In this document: in pieces, positions 42,624 to 52,702 of the stretch
How the letters are laid out: every line of letters begins with the position of its first letter
Position numbering within the stretch: position 1 is the first letter of the stretch
From: a virus
Taxonomy: Duplodnaviria > Caudoviricetes
Direction: 5' to 3' (one strand)
Virus record (IMG/VR): IMGVR_UViG_3300028888_000052
DNA: 64,000 nt
Position numbers and translations under genes: made by a program
Notes under the pieces: generated by a model
Seen by the model: only the letters and a program-made list of their open reading frames with translations
Databases searched by the model: none
What the model was told of the DNA's origin: nothing

Positions 42624-43001
42624 ATGGAATTTATAAAGAAAAATTGGAAGATGATTCTCATTGCATTACTTGTTGTATTTAGTTTGAATAAATGCACAGT
42701 AGCATGCAACAGAGATACAAAGATTAATAAGCAACAAACTGAACTTGTACAAAAAGATTCTATTATCAAAGTACAAGCTGATTCGTTGAATATTTTAAAG
42801 ATTCGTTGGGATGATGCACAAACTAATAAAAATGATTTGGTAGGTGTAGCATTAAATACTAAACAAGAACTTGTAAATCAAGTTAATCAATTGACTAATG
42901 ATAACAATATCCTTTTACAAAAAGTTAATCAATTGACTTCTGAAGTAAATAATCTTAAAAAAGAAAATAAACGATTAAAGGAACAATTAAATAATAAGTA
43001 A
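42624..43001 (+). CDS. Membrane-anchored coiled-coil protein (possible i-spanin)
   Basis: N-terminal TM segment followed by a long heptad region. Confidence 0.4.
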   Translation: MEFIKKNWKMILIALLVVFSLNKCTVACNRDTKINKQQTELVQKDSIIKVQADSLNILKIRWDDAQTNKNDLVGVALNTKQELVNQVNQLTNDNNILLQKVNQLTSEVNNLKKENKRLKEQLNNK

Positions 43002-43219
43002 TGGCAAAACAAGGTTCAATAGAGCAATTTGGTATTATAACAGAAAATCTTTCTAATTCAATGTTTAGGGTTGAATTAGATAATGGTATTGAAATATTGT
43101 GTCATATATCAGGGAAGATTCGTATTAATAATATTAGATTGATGACAGGTGATAAAGTAAAAGTTGAGATGAGTCCTTATGATTTGAGTAAAGGAAGAAT
43201 TGTTACAAGATTGAAATGA
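43001..43219 (+). CDS. infA: Translation initiation factor IF-1
   Basis: [65 protein letters not shown], 72 aa. Confidence 0.95.
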   Translation: MAKQGSIEQFGIITENLSNSMFRVELDNGIEILCHISGKIRINNIRLMTGDKVKVEMSPYDLSKGRIVTRLK

Positions 43220-43956
43220 TTGAGTTAAATAAGATATATAATCAAGATTGTATTTATGGAATGGAACAGATTGATGACCATTCCATAGATTGTATATTAA
43301 CTGACCCACCATATGCTACAACCAATTGCACATGGGAGACTGAAGTAGATTTAGATGCACTTTGGAGTAAATGGAAACGTATTCTTAAACCAAATGGTGT
43401 TGTTTTAATTTGTGGTTCAGAACCATTTTCATCAAAAGTCCGCCTATCTAATCTTGAGTGGTATAAATATGATTTGTATTGGGTTAAAGAAAAACCAGTC
43501 AATTTTTTCCAACTTAAGAGACGTTTTGGGAAGACTACTGAGAATATAATGGTTTTTTATAAAGGACAACCAACATATAACCCTCAAATGGTTAAGTATG
43601 ATGGTAAGAAAGTTACAAACTCAACTAAAAAATCACATACATCAGTCACAACTGGTATTTCAAAATCTACTATAACACCATATAATGATACTGGATATCG
43701 CTATCCTACAGACATATTACGTATAAATAGAGAAAAGCTTGGTTCAACAATACACGAAACCCAAAAACCATTAGGGTTAGCAAAGCTTCTTATAAATACT
43801 TTCACTAATGAAGGTGATATAGTATTAGATTGTTTTTCGGGAAGTGGAACTTTTGCATTGGCAAGTTCTATATTAAATAGAAATTATATAGCATTTGAAA
43901 GGGATAAAGAAATATTTGATAAATCAATTAAAAGAATAGAAGAATATGAAAGTTAA
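43216..43956 (+). CDS. DNA N6-adenine/N4-cytosine methyltransferase (beta class), orphan
   Basis: ILTDPPY ... HETQKP ... [10 protein letters not shown]. Confidence 0.92.
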   Translation: MIELNKIYNQDCIYGMEQIDDHSIDCILTDPPYATTNCTWETEVDLDALWSKWKRILKPNGVVLICGSEPFSSKVRLSNLEWYKYDLYWVKEKPVNFFQLKRRFGKTTENIMVFYKGQPTYNPQMVKYDGKKVTNSTKKSHTSVTTGISKSTITPYNDTGYRYPTDILRINREKLGSTIHETQKPLGLAKLLINTFTNEGDIVLDCFSGSGTFALASSILNRNYIAFERDKEIFDKSIKRIEEYES

Positions 43957-46748
43957 AGATTTAATGGGATTAAATCCAGAAGCAGAAATTAGAGTTGGTT
44001 TTGTCAATACAGGTATGTTATACACTGGTAAAATTAGTTATGGGTGGGATGCCGGTGGAGATTGTGAGCCAGGAATAGATACCAAAGCAACAGCTAAAGA
44101 AGTTTGCATATTTCTTGGTGATACATCTGAAAATATAGGAAAAGCATAATTATGGGAGAAATGCCGGATTTCCATTATCTTCAAGCTATAGAAGAATCCA
44201 ATCGACGAATTGGTTTATATTATGATTATAGATTGAATAGATATGTCAAAAATAAAAATATATCCTTGGTAATATGAAAATTGAATTAAAACCAATTGTT
44301 GACCAATTAACAGAAGCTATTGGACTTAGGGAAGGTTATAAAGTTTCTGCAATGATTGATGATGATCATGATGATAAACTTGTAGGTTGGATGATTGTTA
44401 AAGTATTAGAAGATGGTACTATATTACCTCAATCAACTGATAGATTTAGTAGTATTAAAGAATTAATTGAAGCATATAAATGAAAATAACAATTGATACA
44501 AAAAATGGTGAAGTAAAAGTAAATGGTAAGTTACTTAAAGAAGCACCCGAACATTATAAACAAATTGCTGAATATACTTTAAGGTTAGCATATCAAGATA
44601 ATTATCCTCTTTCTGATTATGAAGAGGATTGTATGTGGATGTCATATAGATATTGTATTGGTAGACATACAATAGCTTCACATATGCATGCTAATGAAAT
44701 CTGGAAGAATTGTAAAGGTCGTATGTCTAAAGAACGTCAATTGTTTACAGCTTTTGATATCAATAGAGAAATTGAAAGCTCATTGATGTTTATGAAGCCA
44801 TACTTTCATTTTCCATCAACTTCTCTTAATAAAATTTATACACCAGCTGTAGATATTGTTTGTCAGTTCTTGGAAGATTATGATATTAAATCAATTGAAG
44901 ATTTTATTAAATATCGTGATGTACATGTTATATTAACTGATAATGAAAGAGGTTACAAGTTTGAAACCGTAACTTGGGAAGAATGGCTTAGACCTAGACT
45001 TTTAAAATTAATGCAAAGATTTTATAATAATGATGCACTATCAGAAGATTATGCATGGAAACATTATCTATCTTGGGTTAATAATGAAGATGATTATGGG
45101 GCATTAGGGAATCAAATATCGGAATTAATAAAAGATATGCCAAGAGCTGACCATTATTATTTTCATGATTTTGAAGATTTGTTTGTTTGGAATGATTTAG
45201 TACATTGTTTTGATTATGAACATTATCATAAATCAATTCTTGTAGATGGATCAGAAGTTGAATGGTTCTGGGCTTGGACTAATAATTTAGAAAAACACGA
45301 TGATGGGTATTATTACAGATCTTTTGGTTATCACCAAATAAGAGTTCCTGTAAATGAATGGAATGGTAATTGTAATAAATATATACCAAATGAATCTATT
45401 AAGAAAGATTTATATTAATGAGAAATAAAAAGATACATAATCCATTTGCACGATGATAAAATTTAGTGATTTAAAAGACGGGAGTTATATTTGGGTAGTT
45501 TGGAATCTTAATTGGGATAAATCTGTACCTTCAGAATATAAATTTTATCCATGGGAATTTGAAATAAGAAAAAGTTTAGTTCTAAAAAACCAATTAAATG
45601 TACCTGAAACATATGATCGTGGTGATAGATGGGAATCAGATATTGTAACTATTTCTACAAATTATTTAACTATTTTCTTTAATAATATTGAATATAGAAG
45701 AAGTTATGATGAATTCTATAACAATAAAGGTCAAATGACTTTTACACCACCTTATAATAAAATTGGCCCACATATTGAAGTATTTACAGAAGAGCAAGAT
45801 GCTAAAGATTATGTAATTGCTAGATGTGAAAGCCGAATGAAAAGTATAGAAGAGCAAATGAAAGAATTGGAATTTGAAAAAAGTTTATTAGAAAAATCTA
45901 TAAATAAATTATAAAGAATATGGCAAAAGATGATATATTAGGAGGAATGGGAGTATCAAGAGGACCTATGGTTGATCCTACAAAATATCCTCGTATTACT
46001 TGTGATAAATGTGGACATCATGTTTTTAGAAGTGCAGTAATTATATACAATATTCCTGGAATAGCAGTAGGTAATGGTACTGAAGATATACCTTATCCTG
46101 TTCCGGTATATGTATGTGATAAATGTGGAGAAATTATCAAGACTGTTCGTGATGAACTTGATAAGATTGAAGCAGAAAAAGAAAAGAATAAAGAAGCAAC
46201 TAAAGGTAGTTCATTAATACTTTAATATGGAAATAAAATTATTTAATAGAGATGGTGCTAATTTAAGATTGGTATCAGAAGATGAAAAACTTTGGCAATT
46301 CAAAGTTGATTTGGATCATCAATATATATTTGATTATATGAGATATGAGTTTGCAGAAGATAATAAGACAATTCAAATGATTGATCCTTCTGGTGGCCCA
46401 TATTTAACTATAGGAACAAAGCTTAATAATGATTATGTTATTGATGCCTTTGTTGAAGTAGATGATATTTTATATATTCATACTAACAAAATAGAATAAT
46501 CATATTATATTTGAAATTTTTCCAATAATTTCTATATTATATATGTAATAAATAACATAGATATGGGAATTATTGGATTTATTGGAATTATCTTTTTAGG
46601 AATTTTTGGATTTGTATTCTTTGGTATTCTTGGTTGGATAATCAAAATACTAGGATATGTATTTGAATTTCTATTAGATGGATGTTTCCATTCTATGGGA
46701 TGTTTAGTTGTCATTATATTTATAATTCTGTTAATGATGATTTTATAA
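43946..46748 (+). other. Hypothetical genes (43946-44149, 44274-44483, 44480-45418, 45453-45914, 45920-46225, 46227-46499, 46563-46748)
   Basis: Co-oriented ORFs; 45920 has two CDKCG Zn-ribbon knuckles; 46563 is a small membrane protein. Confidence 0.55.
46510..46548 (+). promoter_or_regulatory. Early phage promoter
   Basis: TTTGAA-N16-CTATATT-ATATA-TGTAA. Confidence 0.75.
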
Positions 46749-46767
46749 TATTATTATATAAAATTAA

Positions 46768-47532
46768 TTGAGTATGAGAAAACGTATAGTGATTGGTGAT
46801 CCTCATGGCCGATGGGGATTTGTCAAGCAGGCATATGATAAAGAGCAACCAGATGAAGTGATTATTTTGGGTGATTATTTTGATTCATTTCATATTCACC
46901 CAGAAGATCAAAGAGATTGTTATGATAATATAATTAATCTTCGTAAAGAGCATATTAAGAAAAAGAAAGGTAATAAGTTTATAATGCTTATTGGTAATCA
47001 TGATATGCATTATATGGATGAGAATTTTGGCCGTTGTTCTGGTTGGAATGCTTATACTTGTTCTTTAGCAATGTTTAGGCTTTGTAGAGATTGGGATGCT
47101 GAAATTTTGAAAATGTGCTATGTTGATGAGCTTAATTCTACTATTTATTCTCATGCTGGTATTTCTCAAGCTTGGTTTGATACTTGGTGTCAAAAGAGTT
47201 TAGGAAATATTAATACATTAGCAACTAAAGCATTTGTATTTACATACCGAGAAGGAGGTGATTCTTATGGGAGTTCTATTTATAGTTCACCATTGTGGTT
47301 GCGTCCTGAAGGATTGAAAAAATCCCCATTAGTAGAATATGTAGACGATGATGGTGAAGTGTATTGTTGGAATCAAGTATTTGGTCATACAGAACCTGAT
47401 ACTCCTATGAGGTGGGAACAAAATAATGGAATATTCTATGGAATTGATTGTATTTATAAGCATTATCTAGTTCAGGAAATCGGAGATGATGGAATAATTA
47501 CAAAAACATATCTTGGGAATATACAAGAATAA
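46768..47532 (+). CDS. Calcineurin-like metallophosphoesterase
   Basis: GDPHG, GDYFD, GNHD, HAG, FGHT; probable start at ATG 46774. Confidence 0.9.
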   Translation: MSMRKRIVIGDPHGRWGFVKQAYDKEQPDEVIILGDYFDSFHIHPEDQRDCYDNIINLRKEHIKKKKGNKFIMLIGNHDMHYMDENFGRCSGWNAYTCSLAMFRLCRDWDAEILKMCYVDELNSTIYSHAGISQAWFDTWCQKSLGNINTLATKAFVFTYREGGDSYGSSIYSSPLWLRPEGLKKSPLVEYVDDDGEVYCWNQVFGHTEPDTPMRWEQNNGIFYGIDCIYKHYLVQEIGDDGIITKTYLGNIQE

Positions 47533-47533
47533 A

Positions 47534-47559
47534 AAATGGAGCTCTAAAGAGCTCCATTT
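47534..47559. terminator. Bidirectional terminator
   Basis: AAATGGAGCTCT-aa-AGAGCTCCATTT. Confidence 0.8.
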
Positions 47560-47585
47560 ATATTTTAAATCAAATTGCTTATCAA

Positions 47586-48746
47586 TTAAGCAAGTTTTAC
47601 TCCAATTTCTAATGTATAGTTATTAGATGAAGATGGAGCTGTCTTTTCATACAAGCTTACTGTTGCTGTAACATTAGATGATGAGTTTGCAGTAAATGCC
47701 TTAGAACCGCTTTGACCAGCAATTGTTAATGTACCATTATTAACTGTAGGCATAGCTGGTGCAACAGGTGTCTTAAATACAACAGTACTTCCACCACCAG
47801 TTAACTTATAATAAGTATTATATTCTAATTGTGTACCACCACCTGTTGTAGTAGCATCTTTAGCTAATGATACACCATGTGGCATTGTCATAGTTCTGTT
47901 GGTAACAGTTATTTGACCATTAGTAGCTTGGGCAACTTGTGGAATTACAAATGTACTTTGACTTGATAATGTTGCATCAGCAGTAGGACCACCACTTGCA
48001 GCAGTATATTTTGGTGCAGCTGGCATGGTGAATATGAATGAAGTACCACCGGCATTCAATGCATATTTAGTTCCAAATGCTAATGTAAGTGCATTAGTAC
48101 CAGTTGAAGTAGCAATTGTAGTTGTGTGAGTGTGGTTACCGGCAGCAGCTGTAGTAGCTGTAGTACCAATAGATGGTGCGAATGTAGATGGTTTACCACT
48201 AAGAGTTGACCATGTTGTAGCAGCAGGCATAGTCATTGTTCTATTTGTTACAGTTACTTGACCACCAGCAGCTTGTGATACTTGTGGAACAGTAAATGTA
48301 CCACCATGTGTTAAAGTTGCATTAGCAGTAGGACCACCAGAAGCAGTAGTAAATTTAACAGCAACTGGTTTACCACCACTAAAATAAACAGGATTAGTTG
48401 AACTACCTCCATTAGTTGTTAATGCAATAGCGGAATTAGCTGAATCACCATTGAATTTATTAAATAATGAGTCAAGTACAGAATCTGCTAAACCATTATT
48501 ATCTTGTCCAATTTTTGTTAATTCATTATAGATAGTTCCAACTTTGTGCATCATGCTTTGGAAACCTGTGTCAGCATAAGAGTTCAAATTATCCAAATCC
48601 CCAACAAGACCATCAAAATTATCTTGTAATTCTTGAATTGCTAAACGGGCAGTATCATCCCAAAGTTCATAAGTTTTACTATTAACAGACAATTGTGATA
48701 ATCTTGGATGTGCAGAATTTTTTAATTGATTAACGTTTATAGCCAT
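47586..48746 (-). CDS. Tail-fibre-like protein with internal duplication
   Basis: Thr/Gly/Ala-rich; GSSTNPVYFSGGKPVA; WSTLSGKPSTFAPS; duplicated ASGGPTA.ATL....TF..PQV.QA..GQ.TVTNRTMTMP. Confidence 0.65.
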   Translation of the reverse strand: MAINVNQLKNSAHPRLSQLSVNSKTYELWDDTARLAIQELQDNFDGLVGDLDNLNSYADTGFQSMMHKVGTIYNELTKIGQDNNGLADSVLDSLFNKFNGDSANSAIALTTNGGSSTNPVYFSGGKPVAVKFTTASGGPTANATLTHGGTFTVPQVSQAAGGQVTVTNRTMTMPAATTWSTLSGKPSTFAPSIGTTATTAAAGNHTHTTTIATSTGTNALTLAFGTKYALNAGGTSFIFTMPAAPKYTAASGGPTADATLSSQSTFVIPQVAQATNGQITVTNRTMTMPHGVSLAKDATTTGGGTQLEYNTYYKLTGGGSTVVFKTPVAPAMPTVNNGTLTIAGQSGSKAFTANSSSNVTATVSLYEKTAPSSSNNYTLEIGVKLA

Positions 48747-48766
48747 AAATTATTAAATCAGTTTTT

Positions 48767-49090
48767 TTATTTTATTAATAATGTATATGAAGATAAATAA
48801 GATATCTCATCATAATTATTTAATTGTAATTCTATATTATTTTGGTGTAAAATATTTTGCTCTAAATTTTCTATTCTATTTGAATGATCCAATGTTTGGG
48901 TAGAAAGAGCATCTAATCTTGTATTTTGTGAATCATTAACAGTTTTTAAATTTTCAATATCCGTATCTATATTATTATTGATATGGTCACTAATTGCATT
49001 TAATTTAATAGAATGTGTTTTGTATTTTTTAGAGACCTTTTCAATAAATTCTTGTAAAATTAGAAAATGATTAGTTATTTGGTCATTCAT
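48767..49090 (-). CDS. Coiled-coil hypothetical protein
   Basis: Heptad pattern; upstream of the fibre gene. Confidence 0.5.
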   Translation of the reverse strand: MNDQITNHFLILQEFIEKVSKKYKTHSIKLNAISDHINNNIDTDIENLKTVNDSQNTRLDALSTQTLDHSNRIENLEQNILHQNNIELQLNNYDEISYLSSYTLLIK

Positions 49091-49154
49091 ATTAAATTAA
49101 TTCATATTTATATATAAAAATAAAATTATTTTTAATCAAAATACAACAATATTT

Positions 49155-49661
49155 ATGAACAAGAACATATTTGATTTAATGGATTTTGGGAAATTATTTG
49201 AGAATTTAGATACATCAATGTTTAAACTCAATAATGAAGTTATTGATCTTGCTTCTAAAGAAGGTTTAGATAAGTTTAATAAGAAACTTGATGAACTTGA
49301 AGAGAATGAGTTTGGTAAACTTTTCTTAGAGCATATTACTGGTAAAAAGATTTATGAACTTAGAGACTTAGCAAAGAATTATTATGATATTAATAATCCT
49401 AAAGATGTTAAAGTTGATGAGTCATTAAAAGAAGTAAAGCAAGATTTAAAAGAACTTCCTAAAAAAGAATTCGATAGACCATCAAAGCATATTGATATAA
49501 ATGTTGGTTTACAAATTCATAAATTAGTTCAAGAATATATTGATACTAAAATCAAACCTTATGCAAAAGGTATTATGAGTGAAAAGTCAATTAATGATGC
49601 TTATGCTGGTTTATATGAATTTGCTTGTTGGATTTATAATAAACCATCAAATAAAAAATAA
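49155..49661 (+). CDS. Hypothetical protein
   Basis: 168-aa ORF. Confidence 0.55.
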   Translation: MNKNIFDLMDFGKLFENLDTSMFKLNNEVIDLASKEGLDKFNKKLDELEENEFGKLFLEHITGKKIYELRDLAKNYYDINNPKDVKVDESLKEVKQDLKELPKKEFDRPSKHIDINVGLQIHKLVQEYIDTKIKPYAKGIMSEKSINDAYAGLYEFACWIYNKPSNKK

Positions 49662-49676
49662 GTATTATGGGATCTG

Positions 49677-50009
49677 ATGCTTAAAAAAGATGATTTACAA
49701 AAGAAATTAAAAGAAGCATTTTCTGGTATTATTCCTCAAGCAATAGAAACTTGCATGAAGAATAATCAAAAGACTAAATCTAAAAAAGGTGATAAAGATG
49801 CTGAAGAATTTGCTAAATCTTTTGATGAAATAGTATCTGACCAATTAGCAACTGCAATTTCATCTGCTATTGATTATTATATTAAGAATGCAGATATAAC
49901 AGGGACTATCATTACAAATGGTGGTCCCACTACTCAAGTAGCCCAAATATCACCTCCACCTACACCTATAGTAGGTGGAAAAATTCCAAATACTTTTGGT
50001 ATAAATTAA
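49677..50009 (+). CDS. Hypothetical protein
   Basis: 110-aa ORF. Confidence 0.55.
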   Translation: MLKKDDLQKKLKEAFSGIIPQAIETCMKNNQKTKSKKGDKDAEEFAKSFDEIVSDQLATAISSAIDYYIKNADITGTIITNGGPTTQVAQISPPPTPIVGGKIPNTFGIN

Positions 50010-50145
50010 AGAAAAAATTTATTTTTAAATAGAAGATTTGAAATAACAACGTTTGACAATTCTATTTTAAATTAAATTAACAGAAAGATTAAAATTGTTT
50101 AAAAACAATTTAATCACATTTGACAAAAATATTTTTACATTTATT

Positions 50146-51258
50146 ATGACAACAGAAAATGACATTTTAGGATTTGACCCACAAAGTTTGTCAGTATTTA
50201 ATCAAGACGAAGCACCTAAATCACAAGGTAATTCATTAATTTACAAAACTAAACCAGCTGATTCTAGATCAGAAGATAAGGTTTATCGTGCTACTATTAA
50301 GGTAGTTTATAATCCATTCGATCCAAAGCATTCAATCCTTGATCAACAATCTTATGCACTTCAAGATTCTGAAGGTTGGCTTACTGTAGTTAGTTCATTG
50401 ACTACTGGTGATACTTCTTGTCCTATTTTTAAGGCATGGAAGAAATGTCACTTTGCAGAAAAGAATTCTACTCTTTGGAAGCAAGCTGCATCTGCAGAAG
50501 ATGGCGGTAAAGCATTATTTGATAAGAGATTTGCACGTTATTGTGTAGTTCAAATTTTGGAAGATAATAATCAACCTAATTTGGTAGGCAAGTTTATGCT
50601 TTGGAAACTTCCTAAGTCTGTAATGGATATTATCATGGCTAAGATGAATCCTTCACCAGAATCTAAGAAACCAGCTATTCCTGTAATGGACTTCTTGTTT
50701 GGTCGTTCAATTGATATTGAAGTAACTCCGGGCCCAGGTAATCCAGGTGATGAGCGTTATGCTCGTGAAACTAAGTATATGGCTGAACTTTCTGAAGATG
50801 TAGTAAGTTGTATAAATCCTGATGGAAGCCCACTTCTCAATGATGAAGAGCAAAAAATTCTTGACCATTATGTTGAAGCCATGAAGGAAGTTTGGAAGGA
50901 AAAGGATCCAGAAGTACGTGCTACAAAGAAAGCTGCTGTTGATAATGATCCTAATACTGCCGCACTTGGTAAGATTTATAATAGTAAAGTAATTCCTACT
51001 ATTAAGTCAGTATGTCCTAACCTTATTGAAGAACTTGGTTACAAGCCATGGTCAGATAATGTTAAAGCCCGTGTACAAAAGTGGATTGATATTGTATTAG
51101 CAGGTAATGATCCAAAGACTGTTGATGCTGCTCCTGCAGCTGCTGCAACTGTTGGAACAACTACAGAAACTCAAGCACAAGCTCCAGCTTCTACAGCTAC
51201 CGTAACAACTGCTCCTACAGAATCAGAAGTAGATCCAACTAGTGATCTCCCATTCTAA
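50146..51258 (+). CDS. Single-stranded DNA-binding protein, T4 gp32-like
   Basis: SSLTTGDTSCPI, RYCVVQILEDNNQPNLVGKFMLWK, Ala/Thr linker and acidic SDLPF tail; ATG at 50146 preferred to the TTG at 50095. Confidence 0.75.
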   Translation: MTTENDILGFDPQSLSVFNQDEAPKSQGNSLIYKTKPADSRSEDKVYRATIKVVYNPFDPKHSILDQQSYALQDSEGWLTVVSSLTTGDTSCPIFKAWKKCHFAEKNSTLWKQAASAEDGGKALFDKRFARYCVVQILEDNNQPNLVGKFMLWKLPKSVMDIIMAKMNPSPESKKPAIPVMDFLFGRSIDIEVTPGPGNPGDERYARETKYMAELSEDVVSCINPDGSPLLNDEEQKILDHYVEAMKEVWKEKDPEVRATKKAAVDNDPNTAALGKIYNSKVIPTIKSVCPNLIEELGYKPWSDNVKARVQKWIDIVLAGNDPKTVDAAPAAAATVGTTTETQAQAPASTATVTTAPTESEVDPTSDLPF

Positions 51259-51282
51259 TTGTAGATAATTAATTTTTAATAT

Positions 51283-51310
51283 AAAAGACAGTTCATTTGA
51301 ACTGTCTTTT
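51283..51310 (+). terminator. Intrinsic terminator
   Basis: AAAAGACAGTTCA-tt-TGAACTGTCTTTT + T-run. Confidence 0.8.
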
Positions 51311-51349
51311 TTTATTTATCTATATTTATATAAAATTAACTTTAATAAT

Positions 51350-51694
51350 ATGGAAAGCAAAGTTAGTGAATATTTATGTCACAAAAATTTAAATGAACAA
51401 ATAAATTTAGATAATTTTCTAATGGAAAATAAAGAAATGCGTACAGGTATGATTATGGATGCGGTTAATCAAACCGACACTCAAAAGCAAGCTAAAGAAA
51501 ATTTAGATGCCGCTGTTGGAGTAAAACAAGAGCAATTGTTAGAAGCTATGGCAAGATATAAAGCAGCTCATACACCTAAAATTAAGGAATATAAAATAGG
51601 TCGTAATGATCCTTGCCCTTGTGGCAGTGGAAAGAAGTATAAGAATTGCTGCTTATCATCAGGTAAATATGAAAATTATAAGTTAGTTAAGTAA
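51350..51694 (+). CDS. SEC-C metal-binding motif protein
   Basis: [20 protein letters not shown]. Confidence 0.85.
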   Translation: MESKVSEYLCHKNLNEQINLDNFLMENKEMRTGMIMDAVNQTDTQKQAKENLDAAVGVKQEQLLEAMARYKAAHTPKIKEYKIGRNDPCPCGSGKKYKNCCLSSGKYENYKLVK

Positions 51695-51695
51695 T

Positions 51696-52675
51696 ATGAA
51701 ATACACATTTGACGTTACAACTCGTGAAAACGAGAATATAATTAAATTAGATGTTAGTTATGGTTCTTTATCTAATAATGTTACTCGTACGGTTACATTT
51801 GTAGGTGGAGAAGATCATGATGATCCAGCTTTAGATGAACTTTTAACTAATTGCATAGATAATATGCGTTTAACTGTTAAAGAACGTGAAGAAGCAATCT
51901 ATAATGCCGGAGTATTTAAATGGTATATTCAACAATATGGAATAAATACTCAAAAAAAGGAAACAGAAAATGTCATGATTGTTGAAAATAATGACTCAAG
52001 TGTAATACCACAAGAATTAGTATAATGTTAAGTTTATTTGAGCAATTAAAAGAATATCCTGAAGAATTCATCAAAGCATTGGATATAGTCAAATACAAGA
52101 ATTTCGAAATATTTTTTACTGATGCATTAAAACGATTTAATGTCGTTGAAGATTATAATAAAATGTCACCTGAAGAAAGAAATGGTGCTTATGAATTATT
52201 TAAAAGAGTATATGTCTATGGATTTTATAATGGTGTAAGTTTTACACTTAATCCAGATAAATATTTTGATGAAACAGTAAAAGATTATCCAAATGACACC
52301 GATCCTAGAAAAGACTTGTAAATGCATTAAAGAATGTATATTTGATGGTTATGAATTTCATAAAGGAAGAGAATATCAAGTAGATATTTATCCATTATTT
52401 AATAAAATATATAATAATGGCGGGTGGGATGACTACATATTCTTTGAAGATAATAATGAAAATAAATTTAACGAATATTTCAAGTTAATAGAATGATTAA
52501 AGATATTGAAGTATTAAATGAGATAAAGGCAATTAGGAAGAAAACTGAATTATTAGCTAATCCTTTATATAATGATTTTTGTGGTTCTCATTTTTGGGGA
52601 GATATCGATAAGAGATTAGAACAAATTGAAAACGATATTGAAAAAGATTTAAAAGCATTTAATTTTTTAAAATAA
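51696..52675 (+). other. Hypothetical genes (51696-52025, 52025-52321, 52293-52496, 52493-52675)
   Basis: Overlapping, co-oriented ORFs. Confidence 0.5.
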
Positions 52676-52700
52676 AAATGGAGGTCTTAGACCTCCATTT
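52676..52700. terminator. Bidirectional terminator
   Basis: AAATGGAGGTCT-t-AGACCTCCATTT. Confidence 0.8.
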
Positions 52701-52702
52701 AT

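Noticed and set aside
43216-43956. Restriction-modification system
   Set aside because: No adjacent endonuclease is recognisable; orphan methyltransferases are common in phages.
47586-48746. Diversity-generating retroelement TR/VR pair
   Set aside because: The repeats are in-frame protein module duplications with non-adenine-specific differences, and there is no reverse transcriptase in the window.
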